Position numbers and translations under genes: made by a program. A model generated the notes under the pieces. It was not told where the DNA came from and searched no databases. It worked only from the letters and a program-made list of their open reading frames with translations. Of a stretch of DNA of 64,000 bases, positions 13,851 through 26,489 are shown in pieces (position 1 is the first letter of the stretch; each line of letters opens with the position of its first letter). This DNA is from Eledone cirrhosa (taxonomy: Eukaryota), in contig OZ024745.1 in the NCBI GenBank assembly GCA_964016885.1, positions 40,920,001 through 40,984,000 on the forward strand, in the 5' to 3' direction.

Positions 13851-14461
13851 TAACATGAGGTAAAGAGCATTGTCCCATATTATACAATGTTGGTTCGGCT
13901 TGAGATTTACGTTGATGGTACACGGGCCTATAGAATGCTCTGCCACATGAACGTTATTTCCATTGATCAAATAATTGAGGGCTCATCGACGAAAGCGTCG
14001 GAGGTTTCACATGACAGAACCTTAAGAGATATGAATCAAGTATCAAATTATCAAAGTTTATTATTAGCGTAGTGGCTTTTTAAAAAAAATGGATCAAGTT
14101 AATTTGCCAGGAACAGAAACAACCAAACCAATTTAGAACAGAAACACTTCTGAAACATTCGTCTATGCTCATTATTATTCATATGTTGAAAAATTAAATA
14201 TGTAATAAAGCATGCATTCGATAATACAATGGAAAGAAGGAGCAATAAATAATCGATGGGTTCATTATTAAAATGAAAGCAAATTTTATTTCTCTAAAAA
14301 TAACTTGATATCTAACATTATGACATGTTCCATGCAATTAAAATATATCTTTTGAGATAGTTAAATTGCTCATCTAACACACATATTCAGAAACAAATAT
14401 ATATTTTATACACGCACACAAACACACGGAAACACAACACGCGCACACTTATATACATACA

Positions 14462-14508
<47 letters not shown>

Positions 14509-14536
14509 GTGTGTATGTGTGTCTGTGTGTGCCTGT

Positions 14537-14598
<62 letters not shown>

Positions 14599-14631
14599 AT
14601 GTGTGTCTGTGTGTGCCTGTGTATGTGTGTA

Positions 14632-14664
<33 letters not shown>

Positions 14665-17214
14665 AGAGAGAGTGAGAGATAGAGAGCGATGTATAGATAT
14701 TCAAAGGTGGGGGTAGTGATATAACCCTCAGACATAGAATGAAAGAGACATAAAGATGTGAATATGATATTAGGAGTTCCATTATAAAAAAAACAATAAA
14801 TAATTAAAGTTAAACAATTTCCTTACATTGAAATGTCGAAGTGAATTGCGAAATTACCGCTTTCCTGATAAACTTTAATTGTTTTCTGAAATAAAGGTTT
14901 GATGAGCAATATAGAAAATGCCTTATTCGTTCAGAAAATTATAGTCGCGTTCCCTTAGAGAGGATGTAAATTGATTTACAGTTTAATAGATTTTAAAATC
15001 ATCTTTCCAATATGCATGGAAATATAATTGAGGATGATTGTTCTAAAAGCTGCGAACACATCGCATATTTGTGATGGTTCTCTCCCCAGTAGAAATGTTG
15101 GTTTTAGTTAATGGCTCTCAGTATTAGACAATTAATGAACGTGCTAGAAGTAGATAAAGAATAAAAGACTTATGGAAACCCACGTGAATTTAGAAGAGAA
15201 TTGTAGCAACGTGAAAATATTGAAGCGTATGTTTATGGGAAAATTTTAGTATTTTTGTTATTGATATTGATATTTTTATACGAAACGTTGCATTTTTATC
15301 CTGTACAAATAAATAGCCAACATGTTGAAAACATAATGTAGTTGAATCGCAAATATAAAATATGATACTTGCTCAAATATGTTGGCACTCCTTCTTGATC
15401 ATATCAGGTGGAAAGTTCAGTCATATGTGATAAAGATACAACGTCGAGGTGGCGGGTAATAAACATGGCCTCATTGGATGAATCACAATCTTTCAATGAA
15501 GACACAATTGGACTGTGCACATGCTTCAGTCCCATTTATTCTAAAACGACATCTTTCAGTGGGCAGTATAAATTGCCCCGATCAAAAGCTTCATATCAAA
15601 TCCACGTCTCATGTAGCTAGTCCCATCTCTTTCTCTCTCTCTATATATATAGCTACATAGAAAATATAATATATATGAGTAGCAAAATATATAATAAATT
15701 ACATAATGAAAAAGAAACTATATATTCAAAACCATAAAATATATGATATCACAATAACCCAACAGTCGGGTCACCTCTGTTGGTAATCAATTGTATATGT
15801 CAATGCATAATACAGAAAGATTTTCATAAAATATTTTCATAAAGATTTCCTCTTAAATATATTGTAAGGTTGAACCAACGAGTCTGCTTATACTAAGAAA
15901 ATCACTCTGCGAGGCAGAATAGCCCAGACTCCCTTAAATAACACTTTAAATTCTTAAACGAAAATTTCATGTTAAATAACGTTGTCAGCGAGTACTCAAT
16001 TCCTGAAAAACGGTGAGAAGTTCGAGGGTGGAAGTTTTCTGACGAGATACCTGCTCAATCAAACTATATATACAGAAAGAGAGAGCGGGGGAGGGAGAGA
16101 AAGAGAGAGATGCGTAGCTAGATGTCACGATATTTGTCAGATTTAGCTATTGCAAATCGACAATTATACCAGAATTCTATTTCATTACTTTTTATACTTC
16201 CTAGGACTTGACCTGTCACTCGGGCTAAGAAATATCCGACCAAAAAAATTAAGAATAAAATATTTTACCCTATCTTTTACCCTATCTATACTTTAAATAA
16301 TCTAGCTTCGTTTCAAATTCATGTTTCAAAATACACCCAAAATTAAATTTTACTGTTCATAGTAAAACTTTTGCGGTAGGACAGGCTTTTGAACATCCAT
16401 TCGATTTACATATTTCAAAGATTGTAATATCATAATATGTTGGCCGAAATAAATTTTGCTCTTTATAATATTGTTTAAATAAAGAAAGCTTTATGAAGTT
16501 ATTCGGAATAATTCAATTTGACCTGAATAGGGTTTGGACAACGTGTTACACTTTTGATGCATTAGCATCTAAAACACTATAAAAAAATATCAACAACGAA
16601 TAGTGACACAAAAAACAAACGTGTGTAGTGTATATAGCCACGTGCTCGCGTGTATTAGCACATGAAATATTTATATCCATTTAGATATGTGTTCAACTCC
16701 ATAGGAGAAATCATTTTCATAAAATTCCACTTCACAAGTCTTATTTCACGCCTCAATGAAATATATATTCCAGTTAGCTACATGTACGTATATTTTTAAG
16801 TATTCCACATCAGTTACTTTACATGAGGTTGAATTTAATGTAAACTAATGTATTTATATTACATACAAAGTTTTCCTAGAATCCTTGTGTCATATCTATC
16901 TCTTCGTTTTTAATTTTTATTTGAATATTTTTAGAAAATTGAATTTCGAATTTACCATGATGTTAGAATGGAAATTACGAAAGAACGACTCGTTGGGTAA
17001 TAGAGACCCCGTTGAATGATTAAAGTTATATATCATCGTATTTTGCTAGTTAGAAATAAATAGGCAATAAGTGTGCTACATTCAGAAAAGTATCCCCTCG
17101 ACTCAATTTTAATTCGTGACAATTTATGTAATAATACATATTTTGTAGAAAAACAATTTTGGAGATGTAAATATGTAAATAATTATCATTGCGATATACA
17201 TACATACTCTCATA

Positions 17215-17288
<74 letters not shown>

Positions 17289-17384
17289 CACACACACACA
17301 TACAAACACACACACACACACACACACATACAGTAAAATCACAGTAAAATTACACACACACCCACACACACACCCACACACATA

Positions 17385-17523
17385 CACAGTAAAATCGAAG
17401 TTTTGGCAGTGCCGAAGCTAACGATATACAATCAGTGTGCAGCAAAGCACTCGACAAAGTTGTTTCACCTTAGAGTAATAACATACGTTAGAAAGCTTCA
17501 CAAATTGAAGACTGCAACCGGTT
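17385..17523 (-). mobile_element. PLE-type 3' tail fragment, same family as 54431-54580
   Basis: Minus strand ACCGGT..TCTTCAATTTG..ATGTTATTACTCTAAG..TCGAGTGCTT aligns to 54431-54570. Confidence 0.65.
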
Positions 17524-18079
17524 ATATATATATATATATGCTGACGACGTATATATAAGCAATTCCAAGTTGTTGAAAAAAGCATTATGGTCCTGTAGAA
17601 AATCTATAACCATTATCTTCATTGATACTATCTTTGAAAATCTCACGAACATTCATATCTGAAAAACATATAAGGGTGGTGTCATAAATTTTAGTTGTGT
17701 TTTCTAGTTCAGGTGAGATAGACATTTTCAAAACATCTAAATTACTCGCTGAAAATCATTTGCTGATAATGTCGTGTTTCCATTAACTTCGAGACAGGAG
17801 GTTAAAAAATGGATCATGTGAACTGCTAACAACCAATCTAGTCGATATATGGTTTAGAAACATTTTCCAAATAAATTGAAATAATCAATTTGGCCTTCGA
17901 ACAATTGGTACTTGTCGATTATTTGCAGTACGCGGACCACATATTATTTCAGTTGTAGTTAAACAAGATTGCTTTTAAAATATTTTGTTGAATATGGTAC
18001 TATAAATTGGCTGTAAAAAAAGATTAGTATTACACAAACGGAAGAATATATATATACATATATATATACATATATATAC

Positions 18080-18173
<94 letters not shown>

Positions 18174-18199
18174 ATTTATATATATATATATATGTGTGT

Positions 18200-18254
<55 letters not shown>

Positions 18255-19018
18255 TAAATGAGGTTTCGTTTGAGGCAATCCAAGTAGAGGTTACGAGTAA
18301 TCTGTACCGTGGAGGATTTTATCGTGCGGCGTTGTTTGGCTCAACAAGATGTTTACTTAGTTGTGGCGTTCGGATGGTGGATTTCGGACAGTTCCTAGGT
18401 AAGCAGTTCGTGGAGTATTAATAATGAAGGAATGAAGAATAACACGGATAAGCTATACAGTAGGGTTTATCCCATGTATTAACATATGTTTCATTAGCTA
18501 GTATGTGGTTGGATGCGTCTTAAAATCGCTAATTGCAATGATGCTGTGACACTCGATTTTAATTACTGCTGACACCAGTGAAATTATCAAAATAGTTTTT
18601 CTCGCTCCACATATCCATTTCATGCGTTTCGACCCCTTTCAATAACTTAAAGATTATAGTTCATTGTTTCAGAGGAAGACGGTGAGATGGATTTTGAGTA
18701 TGAAACTAATAATATGGGATTGCATAAGCACTATAAGTTAGTATATGGATATATATATATATATATATACTACCGACTTCTACCGACCAATCAAAATTAT
18801 AGTGCTTATTCATGTGACATTCAACAACCAACCAAATCACGAACGCTCTATCTCAAAATTATTTTTGAAAAGCATTTGAAATGCGCAACCGGTAAAAAAC
18901 TTAAAACTAACATTGAATACTAACCATTACTTATTACTAATTTATACTAATTCCTAATTAAACTATTTTTCACTGGAAAAAATCTGTCAGCACTTTCCTT
19001 TCCTTTTTACTAATATAT

Positions 19019-19050
<32 letters not shown>

Positions 19051-19051
<1 letters not shown>

Positions 19052-19228
19052 GGAACAAGTATGACCCCCCGACGGCAGAGCTTAAGCCGTTTCGACGGCT
19101 AATTAGCCGTCGAAACGCTTGAGCTCTGCCGTCGGGGTCATACTTGTTCTTATTACCCATTCTACTACCCTAAGTATTGAGTACTTTGGTGCGTTATTGT
19201 CCATCTGGTTCCTTACCACATTTCCTTC

Positions 19229-19232
<4 letters not shown>
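19051..19232 (+). mobile_element. Fold-back mini element (about 100-bp palindrome + tail), same family as 42931-43118
   Basis: Palindrome centred on CTAA|TTAG (19102/19103); HHR 3' half GAAA-CGGC..GCCG-UC; (TA)n on both sides. Confidence 0.85.
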
Positions 19233-19278
<46 letters not shown>

Positions 19279-19722
19279 CTATTTTTATAAATATATCGAG
19301 AATGATACTTTCTTTTTACTATTACACTCCCTTACCTCTTTTTCTTCCGCATATAATTGTACGCGCGTGTGTGTGTTTTTATACGCGTGCCTTCATATTC
19401 TTATAATGTATCTAATACCCTGTTTTTCTGTATACCTGTCAACCGGACACTCATATCATGTCTGTGTCTGTAGTTACAGATACACAGATATACTTGCCCT
19501 CATACATATATTTACTCACACATTTTCACTATACACACACATTTGTACATAGATACATATGTACATATGTGAGTGTATATACATACATATACACATACCT
19601 AACTATATTTCTTAAACATTTTTTATATAATTTATATGTCTATTGTATTACCTTTATCTATATTTATATAATTTGTTTGCATTTCTTGAGGAGACTTTCC
19701 AAATATTTAGCTATGTTTTATA

Positions 19723-19798
19723 TTGCCTCGTCCGACGAACGAATGAAGACGTTTCTTTCGTATTCGCCTTATTCGGGAAACCTCTGGTAATGAGGTAA
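19723..19798 (+). ncRNA. Type I hammerhead motif (core variant CCGACGA)
   Basis: 9-bp helix I UUGCCUCGU/AUGAGGUAA, helix II CGAAU/AUUCG, GAAAC-CUCUG-GUA; bulged hairpin at 19832-19852, then (TA)n. Confidence 0.65.
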
Positions 19799-20109
19799 TT
19801 ATATTGTATTGTTTTTTATACATTAAATTTTGCTCTGGTACTTACATAGAGCACTCTTCACTCCTATGACTTTTTCTGTTTTCAACGGAAACTTCAATAC
19901 TATATATATATATATATATATATATCAAATCAATTTGTAATGAACAAACAACCTTCTGAAAGCCACAATGAGGTAATTAAACACAAATTTCACCTTTTTA
20001 TTTCATTGATCAAAACGCACAGCGGAATCTGGTTTCTTTGGAAGTATCTCTTTAAGACTGCATGGAGTCTAACAGTCATATTGGCCCTACAGTCAGCACA
20101 TAAATAAAC

Positions 20110-20220
<111 letters not shown>

Positions 20221-20479
20221 TACATATATATATGGGGAGCGTGGACTTATGTCGTATGTATATGTGTGTTTACATGTGTATGTATGTGTTTATGTGTGTG
20301 TGTGCGTTTGTTTGCCAGGGCTCATAACCACAGTGAAAAGCTTTAGCTCCAAGTAATTGTATAAATTCCACAACTTTTTGCGGACGTATATAAAAATGCA
20401 GGAATACTAAGATTGATGGATAGCTGTTTCTTCCGATCACGGAATCATGCAGTCTGTTTCAGTGTTGCCCTATATATAA

Positions 20480-20569
<90 letters not shown>

Positions 20570-20591
20570 ATGTGTGGTGTGTGTGTGTGTG

Positions 20592-20635
<44 letters not shown>

Positions 20636-20639
20636 GTTG

Positions 20640-20952
20640 TTGTATGTTTGCAATAAATGCGTCCGTAGGCGGTAAGCAGTTTGAGCACTAGATGCTCACG
20701 CAGATCAGAGTATATTATTATAGATAACGAGGGATCAGTGGGGCATCAAAACACAATTTATTAACATATGTTTCTCCGACGATCAGCTCAAGGCAGGATC
20801 TATTACAGATCGAACCTAACTCTACATTCGCAAGGTCCTCAGGTATGTTTAGCGCTAATAGATCCTCCCTTGAACTGATCGTCGGAGAAACATGTGGAAT
20901 ATGTTAATAAATTGTGTTTTGATGCATCACTGATTACTCGTTATCTATAATA
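20640..20952 (-). mobile_element. Fold-back mini element (arms 20716-20805 and 20856-20952) with degenerate HHR
   Basis: About 90-bp inverted arms; minus strand CUGAGGA (20836-20842)..GAAACAUAUGUU; shares AATAAATTGTG..GATGCATCACTGATT with the 8730-9051 family. Confidence 0.75.
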
Positions 20953-20965
20953 TATATATATATAT

Positions 20966-21598
20966 ACAAATGAATATATGAGGGATGAACATCTATACAA
21001 TTATAGAAGTGTTCGGATTGCAAATGACCAAGTTAGCTAGGTTGAAAAAATACTAATTTAACATAATATGGTTTGCCTGTCTCGATTTAAAATAATAAAT
21101 CAATAAAAATAACAAACCTATATTGGCAATGGCCGTGATACCTGGACACATTTTAAATCTGTTTGACAAATTTTAAATTTGTTTCGCAACAATTAAGTGA
21201 AAGTTACTATTCCTGTGCTCTTCTGCAGGTATCCAGAAATTGGTACCTTCCACTTCAAAATACTTAAGAAGACTGAGAAACATGTGCTGTTAAACGCACG
21301 TGTGTCCCAGCGCCTAACTCGTCTCATATCCTTGCCGCTAAAAATAGCAGTCGGTTTTATGGGACTAAACATTAGCTCAACGCATGGAACCGTAAATATC
21401 AAATATTGACTTATAAACTAGAAATAGTCTTTTACAATTAAATAGCTCAAAGGGAATATTTTTGAGCCGTGTAATACAAATGAATATATGAGGGATTAAC
21501 ATCTATACAATTATAGAAGTGTTCGGATTGCAAATGACCAAGTTAGCTAGTTTATAACTCAATATTTGATATTCACGGCTCCATGCGTTGAGCTAATT
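20966..21598 (-). mobile_element. PLE-type element with direct and inverted terminal duplications
   Basis: About 75-bp direct repeat (20966-21040 / 21475-21550) and about 50-bp inverted repeat (21371-21421 / 21547-21597); bounded by (TA)n. Confidence 0.7.
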
Positions 21599-23357
21599 TA
21601 TATATATATATATATAATTGTATTACTGTAGAAATAGATCGAATTGCCCGCTGCAAAATAATTGTCTTGATAAGAACCTAGTTTATAAATGTACCGTTAA
21701 AGCAAATAACATCATCTACAACTATATAGGTGCAACTTCATAGAGCTTTAAATTAAGATTTTCTAATCACAAACACTCTTTTTCGAATCCGGATAAGAAA
21801 TTCTCTACCTCTTTATATGGTCGTTAAAGCACAAAAATTTAAAATACTCAATATTTTGGTCCAAACTTTGTAATAGTCAAGTCTACTTCATTTCCTCAAT
21901 ATAACCTAACTGCAATCTTTGCAATATGGATACCCTATTAATAATTGCTAATTATGATAACTTAATTAACCAAAAAAATGAATTATTCTGAAATTGCTTG
22001 CACAAAGCTGCATCGACATTCCAAGCTTCATAAACAATCAGGAAAAAACATTGAATAAATGTGAAAGGATTTAGACGTTTATTAATAATTCTGAGCGTGA
22101 AACGATATTGTCTCAGATTAAAAATTGTTGTCATGCTTTTATTAGTTATGCTATTATTAATATTAGTTTAAGGGTTTCTACCTAAACATAGAAATTGTTA
22201 ACCTGATCTCTTGTTGAGTATGTATGACCTTTAGATTCTTTAAATAAATTTAATTTTGGTTTTTGTATTTTCTAAATCTTATATCTTATATATTTGATAC
22301 CTCTAATGTATTCAGACTTGTAAACCATTTAATTACTTTGAATGTTTGTTTACGATTCACGAGGATATGATTGTACATTTATAGTATAAATGTCTCCTTA
22401 GATCCAAGTTGATTAATTTTTTGTACTTAACTTGATGTAAAATTTTTAATACAGTAAAATCTAGTTGAATCATATTTATAACACTCTTAACAGTAATTAT
22501 ACTATATATAAGTGACTAATATTGTTTTAAACCTTAAACCTTATAGTCTGTATATAAATTATACAAATGAGTATATCTAGATAAATCTGGTTTAATAATA
22601 TCTTAAATACATTTATAATGCTGTATGGTTTATTAATAACATTTTAATTTTAATGTTTTCTGACTAATATATTGATTATATTCTTAATTTTAATATACTT
22701 TTAAATATACTTGTGATTACCTTTGGAGTTATGATAAACATAAATTTATCTCTTTCACGTTACATTTGCTTTAACTCTGATATAATACAATAATATAAAT
22801 CCTTTCAAATTTTATAGTCTAAAATCTTATGTCATTTGATTAATTGACTATTTCTAATTAACTTAAGATTTGAAAATAAACGGTCACGCATCATATGCCT
22901 AGATATTCTCCCCCCCCCCCCCCCTATCTAATTATACGCTAGTTATACGTTACAATGCATATCTTCCTCCCTTTGTTTATACTATTAAACTTATTTTCAT
23001 TTCTTCTCTATATCCTTTGATCATATCTCGCTTCTTTTGTCCCTACGATCAAATCTCTTTCTTTTTCTCTCTTTCCTCTTGATTTGCTTTCTCGATCTCT
23101 CACTTCCCTATCTGCAATAATGAGGTATGCATATCTTATTATTATTATTTTAATTTTTAACAGTTATATAAGTTTATGTATTATATATTCTTTTTTATTT
23201 ATATATCTTTATACACATTCTCATACGCACCCTCTGTATTATATGTACATTTCATGTTTCAACTTAAGGTATGTAAATATTGAGTTTTGTCATAAATAAT
23301 CACTGCCATGACTGAATTATAACCATAAACATAATCATGGTATGTCAGGCATCAACT

Positions 23358-23423
23358 TATTTTATCTGATGAGGACGTACTGTTGAAATAACTCAGTACC
23401 TCTGAAATATGTATAATAAAATA
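23358..23423 (+). ncRNA. Type I hammerhead ribozyme motif
   Basis: Helix I UAUUUUAU/AUAAAAUA (8/8), CUGAUGA, helix II GGA-GUACUG/CAGUAC-UCU, GAAA-U-AUGU-AUA; (TA)n about 45 nt downstream. Confidence 0.75.
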
Positions 23424-23467
23424 TATTTGATCACATGAATGTCTATATTTATTAATATTTTGAAGTA

Positions 23468-23507
<40 letters not shown>

Positions 23508-23508
23508 A

Positions 23509-23543
<35 letters not shown>

Positions 23544-23546
23544 ATG

Positions 23547-23680
<134 letters not shown>

Positions 23681-23693
23681 TGATATATTGATA

Positions 23694-23736
<43 letters not shown>

Positions 23737-23754
23737 ATATATATATATACTTAT

Positions 23755-23813
<59 letters not shown>

Positions 23814-25350
23814 CAGAGAGAGAAAGTTTGTATGTGAGTGAGGGAGAAGGAGAAGATGAGCATGACAGTCAGACAGACTGACACAGTGAGACAGTGTGAT
23901 GGGGATTTATCCACCCTCACCTTATCCCAATATATGTACAAATGTATATTTGTGCACATGTTTTGCCCAGTCCGCTCCACTCCATTCCATTCATACGGTA
24001 ATATCGTTATTGCTCACTACCGCATTCATCTCTGACAACCATTTCCCAAACCTAACCATTATCATCCCCAACCACTATCCTCTGTCATATGATGCTTCTA
24101 TTATTGAGCTAAGATTGTTAGAGTTGTTGTTGGTGTCTTTTGTGCTATGATTTTTCCATCATTTTTGTTTATCCGATATATGCAGATTTTCTCGTACTCC
24201 ACAGTTATTTGCAAGCTTTTTCATTTTCTTTGATAGGCTATGGAAATCAATGTCTAGTTTTATATGTGCCTGATATATTCCTCTAGAGGGGAGCAATGAT
24301 TCTTAATGTACTTAAAGCATTACCGCTTTTTTCCTACTATGGAAACTTCTAACAGGCAATTTCTCTGTATTGTTCTCTAATTGGTTAAACCTCAATGATT
24401 TAAATACACATCTTCTTATCAACCTATATATCTGCCTGATTCACCTTATCTCTATATATCTATCTATTTATCTATCTAGTTATATCTATCTATCTATCTA
24501 GCTATCTCTCTCTAACTCTGTCTCTTTCTCTCACTCTCTCTCTCCATCTATCTATCTCTATATATATATATGTGTGTGTGTGTATGTGTGTGTGTTTATA
24601 TGGTTAGATAGTTAGATACATAGATAGTGACTCCATTTATTTATCCAGAAATGATGTTATTGACGGAAAACACTACACTAGTCACACATTAGTTATTTCT
24701 AGTTTTCATATCATTGCCTTTGCACATGTTAAACTATAGGGTCTTGAGTAACTTCTGTGGTTGTTCCAGCTAATAAAATGTCAGAAATAGATACTTAATT
24801 CAGCGTACCGTAATTATTTGATTATTTCATTGATTCAGAATTCCATATTCAATCATGTAATACATTTACAAAGATGAAGTTTGAAGATTAAAAGTAAACA
24901 AATGTGGAGGAAGAAATTAAATTAAAAAACGTAAAATAAAAAAGAACATTAGTGGAAATGGGGATGGACAAACACTATAAGCTTTGTAAGATGGCGAAAC
25001 AACCCCGGTTAACGGCCAGAAATACCTTCTGCATCAGCCATTCCACCTCACAGTTCTTCTTCCTGAAATAATGTGTCATTGTCCAAGTTTGATGCAAAGA
25101 AACGGCATTTCTTGGAACGAAGAGAACGGAGGACACGAGTGCAGCAACCACAAAAATATGTTATTGCTATTGTTCATGGTTTTGTAGTTTGTTGTTATGT
25201 TTGATGTTGTTATTGCTATTGTTGTTGCTGTTCTTGTTATTGTTGTTGTTGTTATCATTTCAGTTGTAATCGTTGTTTTTGTTGTGGGTGTTCTTGTTGT
25301 GGCTGTTGTTCTTGATACTTTGATTGCCATTATTACTAGAGTGGTTGAGG

Positions 25351-25572
25351 GAGGTGGATTGGCAGTATCGGTAGAGGGTCGGATGCCATGCTTTGCAGCA
25401 TAGGGTTACGGCCCTATATGATCTGAGTTCAAATCTCGCCGAGGTTAACTTTGCCTTTCATCCTTATGGGGTCAATAAAATAAAGTACCAGTCACGCACT
25501 GGGGTCGATATAATCGACTTTCCCCCCTTCCTCAAAATTGCTGGCTTTGTGCCTATATAAGGAACCGTTATT
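25351..25572 (+). mobile_element. tRNA-derived SINE (family A, long form)
   Basis: Family A plus the internal GGTCGATATAATCGACTTTCCCCCC segment. Confidence 0.9.
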
Positions 25573-25593
25573 ACTAGATTGATTGAGTAGTTG

Positions 25594-26000
25594 ACTGGCA
25601 GTATCGGTAGAGCGTCGGGCATGTTTTTCCAACATATAGTTGCGTCTCTTTACCGTCTGAGTTCAATTCCTGTCAGGATAGTTGTGCCTTTCGTCCTTAC
25701 AGGGTCAATAAAATAAAGAACCAGTAACGCACTGGAACCGATTTAATCGTATATCCCTTCCCATTCAGATTGCTGTCTTTGTGCCAAAATGATAGACAAT
25801 TATTTTTAGATTGATCAAAACAGAATTGATGTGTGGTAATTTATTTACAGCGCTTTAAGTTCAGATCCCGCCGCCTGCAGAAATCAACTTTGCTTTTTAT
25901 CCCACCAGGTTCGGTAAAATAAAGTACCAGTTAATTATTAACATCGACATAATTTACTTTTTCTTTCTCCCAAATTATTTGCATTGTGACTAAAATTCAG
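25594..26000 (+). mobile_element. Two older diverged family A SINE copies in tandem
   Basis: TGGCAGTATCGGTAGAG..GAGTTCAATTCC at 25596-25670; a second decayed copy from about 25850. Confidence 0.7.
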
Positions 26001-26489
26001 TGGCCATTATTATTGTTGCTTTTGCTAGTTTTGTTTGTTGATATTGATGTTGCTGATTCGCTGCTGTTAAGTTGTTGCTCTTAGTTTTCTTTTGTTGTTG
26101 GTTCACTCATTGCGAGCAATATTGTTCGTATTAGTGCTGATGTGTTGTTGTTATTATTACTGATTCTCTCAATGCTATTTTCACAATTGCTTTTGTTGAT
26201 TTTCTTATTATTATTTTCGATGTTGCACTTTTGTGCGTCTTGTTATCGATTTTATCATTACTATTATTGATGTCGGGGTTGTTGGTTGTCCTTAATATTA
26301 CATTGTTGATGTTACTGTGGTTGTTTTTTGGTGTGTTGCTGTTATTGTATTTGTTATTGTGTTGCTGTTATTACTGTTGTTGAATCTGTCACTCTTCTTA
26401 TTGTTGCTATTGATGTTAATTCTGCCTCTGGTATCCTCATTGTTGTTGTGGACGTTGTTATTATCAATGCTGTTGTTGTTAGCGTTGTT

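Noticed and set aside
15408-15660. Short complex ORFs
   Set aside because: No homology or splice pattern I can support.
18250-18640. Possible further PLE-type mini element
   Set aside because: Only a partial hairpin (TAAG/CTTG-TT-GAGC) and no convincing ribozyme core.
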